A stretch of 64,000 nucleotides of DNA, taken from contig OX597833.1 in the NCBI GenBank assembly GCA_951406725.2, forward strand, positions 52,824,001 to 52,888,000, given 5' to 3'. The position numbers were made by a program, and so were the translations under genes. The notes below the pieces were generated by a model. That model did no database searches. It worked only from the letters and a program-made list of their open reading frames with translations, and was not told the DNA's origin. Origin of the DNA: Octopus vulgaris (lineage: Eukaryota). This document shows, one piece after another, positions 43,422 through 55,463 of the stretch (its first letter is position 1; every line of letters begins with the position of its first letter).

Positions 43422-43869
43422 GGTGGCGGTGGTGGTAGCGGCGGTGGTGGTGGTGGTGGTGGTGGTGGTGGTGGTGGTGGTGGTGATGATGATGATGATG
43501 GTAGTGGTGGTGGTGGTGATGGTGGTGGGATTGGCGAGGATGCGTTCTTCCTTGTAGGGTAGTAGTGAGTGCAATAGCATTAGCGTTTTTGTAATGCTGG
43601 CGGTGTTGGTGACGTTGCTATTAAAGTTTGTGGTGTTAGAATTATTACAGTAGTGGCGATGGTGGGCAGACGTGCGGTTGTAATGGTAGTGGCGGTGGAG
43701 GTGGACATACACCAGCACCACCACCACTACCGTAATATATTGGACTTACACTTATGACTCCAATGTTTTGTTTTCTTGTACGTTTATAGATTAAGGTTAA
43801 TGAGACAAGGATAGGAAAAGAGGAACGGTGGAGAGGTGGATTTCGCCAGTTGAAGGTGTGGAGTGATAG

Positions 43870-43877
43870 GGGAGAAG

Positions 43878-43916
<39 letters not shown>

Positions 43917-44563
43917 CGGGAGAAAGAGAGGAGAAGGAGAGGGAGAAAAGGAGAGGGAGAGAAGGGGAAGGATGATGAGGAGGGGAGGAGGGAAGGAGGA
44001 AGAAGGAGGGGAAGAAAGAGGGAGTAAGGAGGAGGGGCGAGGAGAGGGATGTGGAGAGGAGGGGGAGAAGGAGCAGGGTGTGAGAAGGAGGAGAAGGAAG
44101 AGAAAAAGAAGAAAAAAAACAAGCAGACCGAGAAAAGGAGAAAGCGGAGGAGGAGGAGGAGGAGGAGGAGGAGGGGAGGAAGAGGAGGAAGAAGGAAGAA
44201 TATAAGGAGGAGAAGAAGTAAGAAGAAGAGGAGGAGAAGGAGGAAGAAGGGAAGGATGGGAAAGAGAAATGAGAGGTGTGAGGAGGAGGAGGAGGAGAAA
44301 CTGGAAGAAAGAAAGGAGTAAAGAGAGATGAGTGATAGGAGAGCGAGAAGAGAGAAGAAAGAGGAGAAAAAAAACAGGAAAGAGGGGGAAGAGGGGGAAG
44401 AGAGAGAAAAGATGAAGAAAGTTGAGGGAGGAGGGAAGAAGGCGAGTAGCAGCAAGAGGTGAAGAGTAGGAAAGAGCAAGGGCGATAAAATAAACACAGT
44501 GAGATTAATAGAGAGAAGTATATATATAGAGAGAGAGACAGAAAGTGAGAGAGGGGGAGAGAG

Positions 44564-44634
<71 letters not shown>

Positions 44635-44680
44635 AGGAGAAAGAAGGAGAATAAAGGGGAGGGAAGGAGAGGGAAAATTA
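43870..44680. repeat. Polypurine (GA/GGA/GAAA) low-complexity tract
   Basis: Direct reading. Confidence 0.9.
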
Positions 44681-44804
44681 TGAAATTAGGGTGACGACTA
44701 CAACTAACGATAAGGATCAGATGAATATATAATTAAAAGTAATAAATGAAGTCAGGTGCTTAATTAGTTTTGCGCATAGCATGTATGTATGCATGCATGT
44801 ATGC

Positions 44805-44895
<91 letters not shown>

Positions 44896-44900
44896 TGTGT

Positions 44901-44943
<43 letters not shown>

Positions 44944-45161
44944 GGTAGGTGATGTAACAGGAAAATTTGAACTCAAAACATGAGTATATGTATAGTTTTA
45001 TTGACTCAACAAATGGTGCTGCTTTTGTAGGCGCGAAACGTGAAAGACTTTTTTCATTTTCCCCGAGCGTCGGACTAATACACCTGTTTGTTGTTCATAC
45101 ACCTGTCTTCGTCTTTTGTTTTTCTATGATTTTCAACTACACACACATACATACATACACA

Positions 45162-45221
<60 letters not shown>

Positions 45222-45817
45222 CGTACATACATACTTTTGTATACTAACTGTATTAGTATATTCAGCTCAAAAAATTTCTGTTATTCAGTGTCTCTTACTC
45301 TATAACAATTTATATTGCCGCCCCTTCTAAAAGAAAATGGAATAGACATACAGCCTCATTCAGAATCTACCTCAACCATTCATCTCCGAGCCGAGACAAG
45401 GGACGTAACTCACCGTAATTAATCAAACTTGAAAATGTTAAAGAGTTATGGCCCTTACGACCATTTTAAACCCATCACGCAAGACCGGAAGTCCTGACTC
45501 CCATGTAAGTAAAAGTTTATAAAATACTTTTGCAGATTTTCGCGTTCAACGGGTGTGTTTTTTTTATCTTCTGATGATTAACCAACCAAACGCTTTGTAA
45601 AATAAGAAATTTCAAATCACGAAGTTTAAAAATAAGTAAGAATATATATATCATTAATTCCACTCTACTTTATGAATTGAGTACTTGGAATGTGTTCGTG
45701 GAAATAACAACGTACTTATCTCTCGTGTATTTACGTATTTTTCACTCGTTGCTGATATTTTGTACACGATGCGTATTTTTCATTATATATATGTATGTAT
45801 GTGTGTATATATACATC

Positions 45818-45927
45818 AGCCGAAATTGCAAGGATAATCCGGTTCTTGACTGAAGATTGAGGGCTTCGAATGACCCGTTCGTGTTTTTTGTATCGTCTTC
45901 TAAATGTTTTGCGTTCTTGTCCCAGTT

Positions 45928-45930
<3 letters not shown>
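45818..45930 (+). mobile_element. Short TA-associated repeat, family C (likely Penelope terminal fragment)
   Basis: gccgaaattgc..ccggttcttgactgaagattga..gcgttcttgtcccagtttg, also at 3355-3468 and 51520-51640, each ending at (TA)n. Confidence 0.55.
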
Positions 45931-45987
<57 letters not shown>

Positions 45988-46105
45988 TTTGTCTTCTCTA
46001 CGCACGCATGATATATATATATATATATATTTACTTCTATGTATAATTTTCCCTTACGGGCTATTCTTTACTGGAAAGTAATACTCTTGTATTGCATTAC
46101 TAATT

Positions 46106-46173
<68 letters not shown>

Positions 46174-46184
46174 TATCTACAGAC

Positions 46185-46271
<87 letters not shown>

Positions 46272-46825
46272 GAGTTAGACAGGCGGTTGTTCGTTAGACA
46301 GGTAAACGGACGGATGATACATACGCTCACACATTGACGCACCGCCTATTATCTCTCCTGCCTTCACTCTCCTACTCCGTAACATTCTTGTTCCGCTACC
46401 ATCGGTCTTTCTCCACAGAATTTCAACTTGCTCTGCTTTCCAGTCAGTCGTTGAACCATTCTTCTTTGTCTTACAACAACTGGATTTCCGTCACCTTCCT
46501 GAAACTTTTCCACCCCTTTCGGATTTCATCAACACTTTCATCTCTCCACCCGTGTAAATTAACTTTTATAGCGTTCCCTATATAATCTTTTATTCTTTTT
46601 ACTTGTTTCAGTCATTTGGCTGCGGCCATGCTGGAGCACCGCCTTTAGTCGAACAAATCAACCCCCATGATTTATCCTTTGCAAACATAGTACTTATTCT
46701 ATTCAGTCTCTTTTGCAAAACCGCTATGTTACAGGGACGTAAACAAACCTACATCGGTTGTCAAGCGATCTTGGGGGACAAACACAGACACACAAATACA
46801 TATATATAGTTACATACATATATAC

Positions 46826-46920
<95 letters not shown>

Positions 46921-46921
<1 letters not shown>

Positions 46922-47124
46922 GTCACCATGATAGATCGCTAGCCACTACACACATTTTTTCTCTCCTTGTTTCTCTCCTTGTTTTTTCTGTGTCCCTTTC
47001 TGTAGAAGAGCGTCGGCTCGAAGCATAAAAGACTTTTTCTATTCCTGAGCGTTATACTAATACATCTGTTTGTTTTGTACATCACCTGTCTTCGTCTTTT
47101 CTCTTTTTTTCCTAAACTCTCCCT
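46921..47124 (+). mobile_element. Solo Penelope-like terminal unit, family B (degenerate hammerhead)
   Basis: Homologous to the reverse complement of 26285-26495 and to 54460-54628, 56481-56649, 45025-45140. Confidence 0.75.
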
Positions 47125-47135
47125 ATATATATATA

Positions 47136-47335
47136 TGTGACCTCGTGAGCACCGCCAGCAATTTTTTTCCTCTGTCTTCCCTTCTCGGGATCTTTCCTTC
47201 TCCTTTGTTTCCGACGAAGAGCTCCGCTCGAAACGTTAAACCCTCCTTCTTCCCTTCTTTCCTGAGCGTCCAATAATACTTTATGTGTTCCACGTCCTCG
47301 CGTTGCTGTGTTTTTTTGTGTTTTCTTGTTTGGAT

Positions 47336-47340
<5 letters not shown>
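47136..47340 (+). mobile_element. Solo Penelope-like terminal unit, family A (hammerhead variant CCGACGA at 47207-47241)
   Basis: Homologous to 2836-3042; flanked by (TA)n. Confidence 0.75.
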
Positions 47341-47408
<68 letters not shown>

Positions 47409-47734
47409 GGCGCTGCTTGTTTCAGTTTCCGTCTACCAAATCCACTCACACGGCTTTAGTCGACCCAGGGCCCTAGCAGAAGACACTTGCCCAAAGTGCT
47501 GCGCAGTAGGACTGAACCTGGAACCATGTGGTTAGGAAGCAAGCTTCTTACCACAGAGCCATGCCTACGCTTTTGTTTACATCCTTTTTATAATCAACTC
47601 TCTCCGCGTACTGAATATATAATTACTTTTTTCAATCTTCTGCTCCAAGACTCCCTGCATTTCCGCACAATCCTTTCTATTCCGTTTTATTGACTTTACA
47701 ACCTCTTCCCTGGAGTTTTACTCGTTTTATATTA

Positions 47735-47968
47735 TTCTTTTTTCTCTTTTACTTGTTTCAGTCATTTGACTGTGGCCATGCTGGAGCACTGCCTTTAGTC
47801 GAACAAATCGACCACAGGACTTATTCTTTGCAAGCCTACTACTTATTCTATCGGTCTTTTTGCCGAACCAGCTTCGGTTGTCAAGCAATGTTGGGAAGAC
47901 AAACACAGACACACAAACATATACATACATACATACATACATACATACATACATACATACATACATGT

Positions 47969-48002
<34 letters not shown>

Positions 48003-48160
48003 ATATATACATACATATATGACGGGCTTCTTCCAGTTTCCGTTTACCAAGTCCATTCACAAGGCTTTGGTCGGCCCGAAGCTATAGTGGAAGACACTTG
48101 CCCAAGGACTATGTGGTTATTAAGCAAGCTACTTACTACGCAGCCACTCCTGCGCCTATA
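47735..48160 (-). mobile_element. SINE family 2 copy abutting the U6 pseudogene
   Basis: Head ataggcgcaggagtggctgcgtagtaagtagc begins at the U6 3' T-tract. Confidence 0.85.
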
Positions 48161-48227
48161 AAATATGGAACGCTTCACGAATTTGCGTGCCATTCTTGTA
48201 TCGTTCCAATTGTAGAATATGTACCGC
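48160..48227 (-). pseudogene. U6: U6 snRNA pseudogene with ~26-nt internal deletion
   Basis: Minus strand ...ACATATTCTACAATTGGAACGATACA/AGAATGGCACGCAAATTCGTGAAGCGTTCCATATTTT matches the U6 5' part and 3' end; GAGAAGATTAGCATGGCCCCTGCGCA is missing. Confidence 0.9.
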
Positions 48228-48334
48228 ATTACGTTTTTTTTCTTTCTACAGTCTATATATAATCCCTTTTACATTGCTTTCTCTTTTTTTGCCACTATCT
48301 CCTTTTTCGACATTAAATTGCATTTCATATATAA

Positions 48335-49220
48335 TCCGTCAGCATTACTCTTTCCAACAGTGGTCACCAAACAGCGTAAAACTAACGATGGAATTCGAGG
48401 CGATCCAGCGAAGATGCACAAGATAGATCGATACAATGCGACATATCGGCTACTGGGAGAGATTAAAAGGGTTAAGACTTAACTCCTTCGAGCGAAGGCG
48501 TATAAGGTGTGCAGTAATGTGGAAGCACTCCGTCGATTACGACGACGAGGGTTCCGGTTGATCCGAATCAACGGAACAGCCTGCTCGTCAAATTAACGTG
48601 TAAGTGGCTGAGTACTCCACAGACACGTGCACCCTTAACGTAGTTCTCGGGGATATTCAGCGTGACACAGAGAGTGACAAGGCCGGCCCCTTGAAATATA
48701 GGTACAACAGAAACAGGAAATTAGAGTAAGAGAAAGTTGTGGTGAAAGAGTACAGCAGGGATCACCACCATCCCCTGCCGGAGCCTCGTGGTGCTTTTAG
48801 GTGTTTTCGTGTGCAGTAATATACATCTGGGAAATCCTAGAAAAGCTTGTTCCAAACTTTGACATTGTAACTTACAGAAACCGTAGTGAGCTATTGGATG
48901 GTACCAAAGGTTTCAACATCGCCATCAGGATATAGCACCAGATATTGCAACAATTTGGACTTCAAAGGCCATTAGCTCTTCAGTATTTTCCCACAAAGTC
49001 AGAGAGATCTGCATGGGGTGGATGTAGGCTTTTCTCAAGACAAAACCAGATCTCCTTCTGCCAAGCGTTCCAGATGAACTTACCTCTAGACAAGAAAAAC
49101 AGATGAAGGCAGTATCGTTGAACTCTCTCATCCAAAACAAGTCACATATCAGAGGAGGTTTAGTAAAAGTGTAGCAAAGTAAAGGGCAGTGCCCCAGCAT
49201 GACCGCAGTCCTTGGACTGA
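48335..49220 (+). mobile_element. CR1-type LINE 3' portion, interrupted by a SINE at 48519-48808
   Basis: WSPNSVKLTMEFEAIQRR, YWERLKGLRLNSFERRR, IYIWEILEKLVPNF, VPDEL; ends gtgccccagcatgaccgcagtc; 12-bp TSD gtgtgcagtaat at 48507 and 48809. Confidence 0.85.
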
Positions 49221-49385
49221 GGAAGGGAGGAAGGAAGGAAGGAAGGAAGGAATGGAGGGAGGGACATAGGGAGGGGGAGGTGGGTAGATATACACACATA
49301 TATTCATTATGCCCACGAGCAGTTTATGTCTACATAATATTTATATGTTCGTCTATCCACCTTTTTCTGTATCTCTCTCACTGTA

Positions 49386-49438
<53 letters not shown>

Positions 49439-49658
49439 GTAATATAATATATATGTATATATATATACATACATATATATATACATATATATATACAAAC
49501 ATACACACATATATATACACATACACACGCATACACATATATATACATACACACATACACATAGAGAGAGATTTAAGCATGCATATGTATGCACGTATAT
49601 TTGTGTTTATATATATTTGTTTATATATAAATATATTAATATTATACATATAGAATGG

Positions 49659-49705
<47 letters not shown>

Positions 49706-51651
49706 ATATATAATATGTGTGTGTGTATGTATGTATGTATGTATGTATGTAGGTATGTATGTGTGTACGCATATATATATATGGTAGTGAGATAACTAAA
49801 AGAGAAAGAAATAGACAATAAAGAAAACGAGGAAGACGAAGAGGAAAAGTGAGACAATGAGGGCAGCCATATGCATAAAAAAAATATAAATGAAAGACGA
49901 GAGAAGAAATGAAAACATAAAATAATTACAATTGAAAAACAAGAACAGAGAAAAAACTAGAAACCCAGACCGGAAGTGAGTTCTGAAATAGCGACCATTT
50001 ATAACAATGGCGTCTGTGTGAAAATGGTGCTGGGGCGAAAGTGGTGATCAACATCTGACTACTGGGTGGTCGGATGGATGGTTGGCTCTTTTATTCTTAC
50101 TTGTATATTAGTTGATTTGCGTGTGTTAATGTAATGTCCGCCATTACTACTTGTTTTAACACGTAATCTAATGGGACATTTCAGTTTCTCTCTCTCTCTC
50201 TCGCACACTCTCATGTAGTGTGTTTCTTTTAATTCACTTATTTTAATCCATGCTCATATTTAATTTAAAACATCTATGTCACCACTCCGTCTCTCCTTGC
50301 TCTCTTTCTTCTTCTCTCTCTGTTTCTATCTCTCTCTCTTTCTCCCTCTCACTCACTCTCTCTCACTCTCTCTTTCTCTCTCTCTCTCTCTCTCGTGTAC
50401 GATTGTCTCTCTGTATTTTCTCTCCCACTTTATCTTTCTCTTCTGTATCTCTGTCTGTCTGTCTCTAGCTCTCTCTCTCTCTCTCTCTTTCTCTCACCCC
50501 CCTCTTTCTCTCCCTCCCCTTTCTCTCCGTCCCTTTCTCTTTCTCCGTCTCCCTCCCTCTCCCCCTCTCTCCCTCCCACTCCCACTATCTTTTCCTCTCC
50601 TCTTCAGTTGGTTATGTCTGATTCATGAAAATTTTTTTTGTCGTAAACATCAAATCCAGCAATTTCGAAGATTAGATCATATATATATATGTGAGTGTAT
50701 TTCTCTGTGTGTGTGCGCGCGTGTGCGTGTGTGTGTGTGTGTGTGTGCGTGTGTAATGCCTGTTACCCAGCAGCACCGCTTAACAACCGGCATTGTTTCG
50801 TTTACGTCTCTGTAAGTTAGCGGTTCGGCACAAGAGACCGAAAGAATAAGTATCCAGCTTTAAAAAATAAGAACTAAGGTTGATTTATTTGACTAAAACA
50901 CTCCGAGTCGTTGCTCCAGCACGGCGGCAATCCGATGAATGAAACAAGCAAAAGATCAAAGAACATTTATATATATATAGAATTTAACCAATTGTTGACA
51001 ATGAGGTTGTATGGATGAAAATTCTAGAATTAGACCAAAAAATAATCCCTTTTACCATAGGTGCAAGGTCTGGATTTAAAGGAAGGGATCTATTCGATTA
51101 TATCGATACCAAGGTTTCACTGATACTTATTTTATTGATTTTCATAAAATTAGACCAGTGCTAACCTTGAACTAAACAATATCAGAAGCAACAACAATAA
51201 CAACAACAACAACAACAACTACAACGACAGCAGTAATAAAAATAGCAGAAGATTTGACCTTAAAATCTTAGTATCTGTTTAATCTGGTGTTCATGCCTTT
51301 ATCAAATGAAAGGTCGATGTAAATTAAATGGATTAGATATGGCGTCCCTAGAATGGCGTAGGAGTGGCTGTGTGGTAAATAGCTTGCTTCCGAAACACAT
51401 GGTTACGGGTTCAGGCCCACTGCGTGGTGCTTTGGGTAAGTACCTTCCTCAATAGTCCCGGACCGTCTTGTGAGTTGATTTGGTAGAGGGAAACTGACAG
51501 GAGCCAATCGTGTGTGTGTGGCCGAAATTGCGAGGATGATCCGGTTCTTGAATGAAGATTAGAGGCTTCGAATGACCTGTCCGTTTTTTGTGTCGTCTAT
51601 TTGAGTGCTTTGCGTTCTTGTCCCATCTTGCATTTTTTATACATATATATG

Positions 51652-51686
<35 letters not shown>

Positions 51687-52021
51687 GCGCAATGGCCTAG
51701 TGGTTAGGGCAGCGGACTCGCGGTCGCAGGATCGCGGTTTCGATTCTCAGACCGGGCGTTGTGTGTGTTTATTGAGCGAAAACACCTAAAAGCTCTACGA
51801 GGCTCCGGCAGGGGGTGGTGATCCCTGCTGTACTCTTTCACCACAATGGCGGTGCCCCAGCATGGCCACAGCTCAAGAGCTGAAACTGGAAAAACAAAAA
51901 CAAACAAAAATATATATATATGACTTTCTTTACATTAATACCCTAACATTGTTTTATTAGTAATTACTGAACATTGTTAAACATCCTCATACATAAAAAC
52001 AGGAGTAAAAAAAACACAACC

Positions 52022-52095
52022 CGTCCCTGGATGGGTTTGAACCACCAACCCTTCGGTTAACAGCCGAACGCATTAACCGATTGCGCCACAGAGAC
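52022..52095 (-). tRNA. tRNA-Asn-GTT: tRNA-Asn(GTT) variant, probably impaired (D-stem 3' strand GCGC->ATGC, T-stem G.U)
   Basis: 74-nt match to tRNA-Asn with several substitutions. Confidence 0.8.
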
Positions 52096-52598
52096 GACAT
52101 GCTAACTATTTTTTTTTACATAGACATATATATATATGTGTGTATGTGTGTGTGTATCTTTGTGCCTGTCTGTGTTCCCACCACAGCTTCACAACTGGTG
52201 TTGGTGTGTTTACGTTCCCGTAAAAGAGTACGGTAGAATAAGTACTAGGCTTTAAAAAGTAAATACTAGGGTCAATTTATCGACTAAAACAACGCGGTGC
52301 CCCAGCATGGCCACAATCATATGGCTGAAACAAATAAAAATACAAAAGATTTTAAAAAATGAACTTGCCTAAACAATACCCGTTAACCAATTATCAGCCA
52401 GATGGTGATTTACTGAAAAGTATACTTCTGACTTTTTAATTAACAGAAATATGAGAAATTAATTAGCTATTGCTGATTAGCGAACTTAGTAAATAAGTCG
52501 ATATTTCCCGCGGCTTATCATAAGCTTTTTAATTAAAAATCAGAAAAGAAAAATGAAAGAAATATATATATGTCTATGTAAAACATAGCTAGCGTGTC

Positions 52599-52615
52599 GT
52601 CTCTGTGGCGCAATT

Positions 52616-52655
<40 letters not shown>

Positions 52656-52672
52656 GAGCCCACCCAGGGACG
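52599..52672 (+). tRNA. tRNA-Asn-GTT: tRNA-Asn(GTT), intact (D-loop AATTGG, T-loop TTCGAGC)
   Basis: Full cloverleaf; T6 terminator at 52681. Confidence 0.96.
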
Positions 52673-52905
52673 GGTTGAAATTTTTTAAACTCCTGTTTTT
52701 ATTTATGAGGATGTTTAACAATGTCCAGTAACTACTAATAAAACAATGTTAGGGTGTTGATGTCAAGAAAATCATACACTTTTATTAGTAATTACTGAAG
52801 AATGTCAGTTACGGCCTGCAGAACCACAAACAATTGATTATCTAACAGCTTATCAACAAGAAAAGAAAAAAAGAAATATATATTTAAGTCAACAACTTTC
52901 ATGTC

Positions 52906-52911
52906 GTCTCT

Positions 52912-52972
<61 letters not shown>

Positions 52973-52979
52973 AGGGACG
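52906..52979 (+). tRNA. tRNA-Asn-GTT: tRNA-Asn(GTT), intact (T-loop TTCAAGC)
   Basis: Full cloverleaf followed by a long T run. Confidence 0.96.
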
Positions 52980-53172
52980 AGTGGTTTCTTTTTTTTTTTT
53001 TGACCCTAGTATTTACTTTTTAAAGCCTAGTACTTATTCTACCGTACTCTTTTACGGGAACGTAAACACACCAACACTGGTTGTGAAGCTGCGGTGGGAA
53101 CACAGACAGGAACAAAGATACACACACACACATACACACATATGTCTATGTAAAAAAAATAGTTAGCATGTC

Positions 53173-53178
53173 GTCTCT

Positions 53179-53224
<46 letters not shown>

Positions 53225-53246
53225 AGTTCCAGCCCACCCAGGGACG
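53173..53246 (+). tRNA. tRNA-Asn-GTT: tRNA-Asn(GTT) variant with damaged B box (GGTAGTTCCAGC), possible pseudogene
   Basis: 74-nt match; T-stem A.C mismatch and purine-57 changed to C. Confidence 0.8.
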
Positions 53247-53313
53247 ATTGGCTTCTTTTTTTTTTTTCTTTTAACCACTGTTTTTATTTATTCGGATGTT
53301 TAATTCTTCGATT

Positions 53314-53583
53314 GTGGAGGCGCGTGGCTTAGTGGTTAGGGTGTCAGCACCATGATTGTAGGATTGTGGTTTCGATACTTGGACCGGGCGACGCGTTGTG
53401 TTCTTGAGCAAAACACTTCATTTCACGTTGCTCCAGTCCACTCAGCTGGCAAAAATGAGTAACGCTGCGATGGACTGGCGTCCCGTCCAGGTGGGGAACA
53501 CATACGCCATAGAAACCGGGAAACTGGGCCCATGAGCCTGGCTAGGCTTTAAAAGGGCGCGTTTATTTTATTTTATTATTTCT
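53314..53583 (+). mobile_element. tRNA-headed SINE family 3, full length, 15-bp TSD
   Basis: gtggaggcgcgtggcttagtggttagg head; TSD tttaattcttcgatt at 53299 and 53584; homologues at 10141-10399, 42410-42630, 60470-60660 (minus). Confidence 0.88.
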
Positions 53584-55389
53584 TTTAATTCTTCGATTAA
53601 CATTGGTTTAATCAAGTTTCGGTCTTATATCATTCTCTATTTCATTTTTTTTTTCTCTCTGGACGTAATTATGTCTTTAAAATCAATAGATGCAGTTTTG
53701 TGAAATTATTTTATCGGTCAGGTGTAAAAAGGGCTACACCCTTGATTTTAACAGACCCTCCAAGACGGTGAGGTTTCTATCCTTGACGAGTATAAAGCAT
53801 GAGATAAAGTAATTTCAGAGTGAGACCTACGTGAGGAATACGATATTTTGTTATTAACCATACCTTTTTGAAGATCTAAAACTACATTTTCAAGAAGTTC
53901 ATCTTATTTTGAAATGGTTGGATGAGAGATTTCACAGAATCTGTTTGCTATTTCCTGGCTTCTCGGGTCACCACGCAGAGGTAACCACGTTGACATGTAT
54001 TGGTGATTATGCCTTTGCCAATCAGTCATAATGTGTTTGTTCTGGGTTTTAGCAATCCGGATTTCATAACTGGTTGACTTAATCTGCAGCCTTGTTTAAC
54101 ACCACCACCGTCGTTGCCACTGCCTCCGCCGCCGCCGCCGCCACCACCACTATCATCACCACCACTGCCACCACCACCACAATTACTATTACCTTAGATG
54201 TTTTTACTGGAGTTTCATTTATTGCAAGCATCTGAGTAAGGTCTCCGACTTGAGAACATTTCCTTCCTTCTGCACAAAGACCTTCCCTCCTCGATTTAAC
54301 CGAAGAAAGCAGAAAAATAAAGGACATAGCTATATGGTTAAAAAGGACACTCTGCAACCACACTGTTTGGGGTTCAATTCTATGAAGTTCAAAGAAACTA
54401 TGAAGACGCTCATTGTATATTCATGCTTGTGTGTGCACGTATGTGAGTCTATATATATAGACGCCATGATAGATCGTTAGCCACTACACACATTTTTTCT
54501 CTCCTTGTTTTTTCTGAGTTCCTTTCTGTAGAAGAGCGTAGGCTCGGAACGTAAAAGACTTTTTTCTATTCTTGAGCGTTATACGATTACATCTGTTTGT
54601 TTTCTACACCACCTGTCTTCGTCTTTTGACATGGATGTGTAATTGGAGGGATATTTAGTATGGGTATTAGAAAATGTTCCCTATACGATTCCTAAGACTA
54701 TGAACTGTTTTCATGCGACTCAATAACTGGCACTCTGTTGGATACTACAATGAGTGTTGCAATTGAGCCGATCAACGGAACAATCTGCTTCTGAAATTAA
54801 TATACAAGTGGCTGAGCACTCCCACAAACACGCGCATCCTTGACGTAGTTGGCTCTTTCAATTAGAGGCACAACTCATTTTTGCCAACTGAGTGAACAGG
54901 AGCAACGTGAAGTCAAGACTCTTGCTTAATGACACAACGCGACGCCGGGAATCGAACTCATGACCTTTCGATCGTGAGCCGAATTCACTAACCACTGAGC
55001 CACGCGTATTTACTCGATAGAGTTACAAGCAGGATTTTCTGTGAGAGATCTATTAAATTATAATTGTGACGAACGGAGTTTGCTATTAATTGGTATTGTA
55101 CTATTGTGACTGTACTCATGAGATTAGCTATTGATAGAGTCAAACCGGTGCGTGCACATATAGTAGCGAGAGTGTCTGATTGGCTAGATTTTGAGAAGTT
55201 GGTGTATAGAGAGTTCGTGAAGCATTTCATAGTTCAACGATAAGATAAACAATGTTAGGGTACTGATGTAGGGAAATCTATTATTTATTTTAAGTCGTTT
55301 TTTATTATTATTATTTATGCATATTTCCTCTTCAGATTAGAATACATGTTCAAAAATTGTTATACGAAAGGCTAAAATTAAAATATCAC

Positions 55390-55406
55390 CGTCCCTGGGT
55401 GGATTC

Positions 55407-55457
<51 letters not shown>

Positions 55458-55463
55458 AGAGAC
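55390..55463 (-). tRNA. tRNA-Asn-GTT: tRNA-Asn(GTT), intact
   Basis: Reverse complement of the 24384 sequence. Confidence 0.96.

Larger units (their letters stand above)
46590..47570 (-). mobile_element. SINE family 2 split by two Penelope terminal units inserted in its internal microsatellite
   Basis: 3' half 46590-46800, 5' half 47410-47570. Confidence 0.75.

Noticed and set aside
43165-43727. Thr/Ser/Pro-rich mucin-like 182-aa ORF
   Set aside because: Built from (GGT)/(GAT) trinucleotide runs, open on both strands, no recognisable domain
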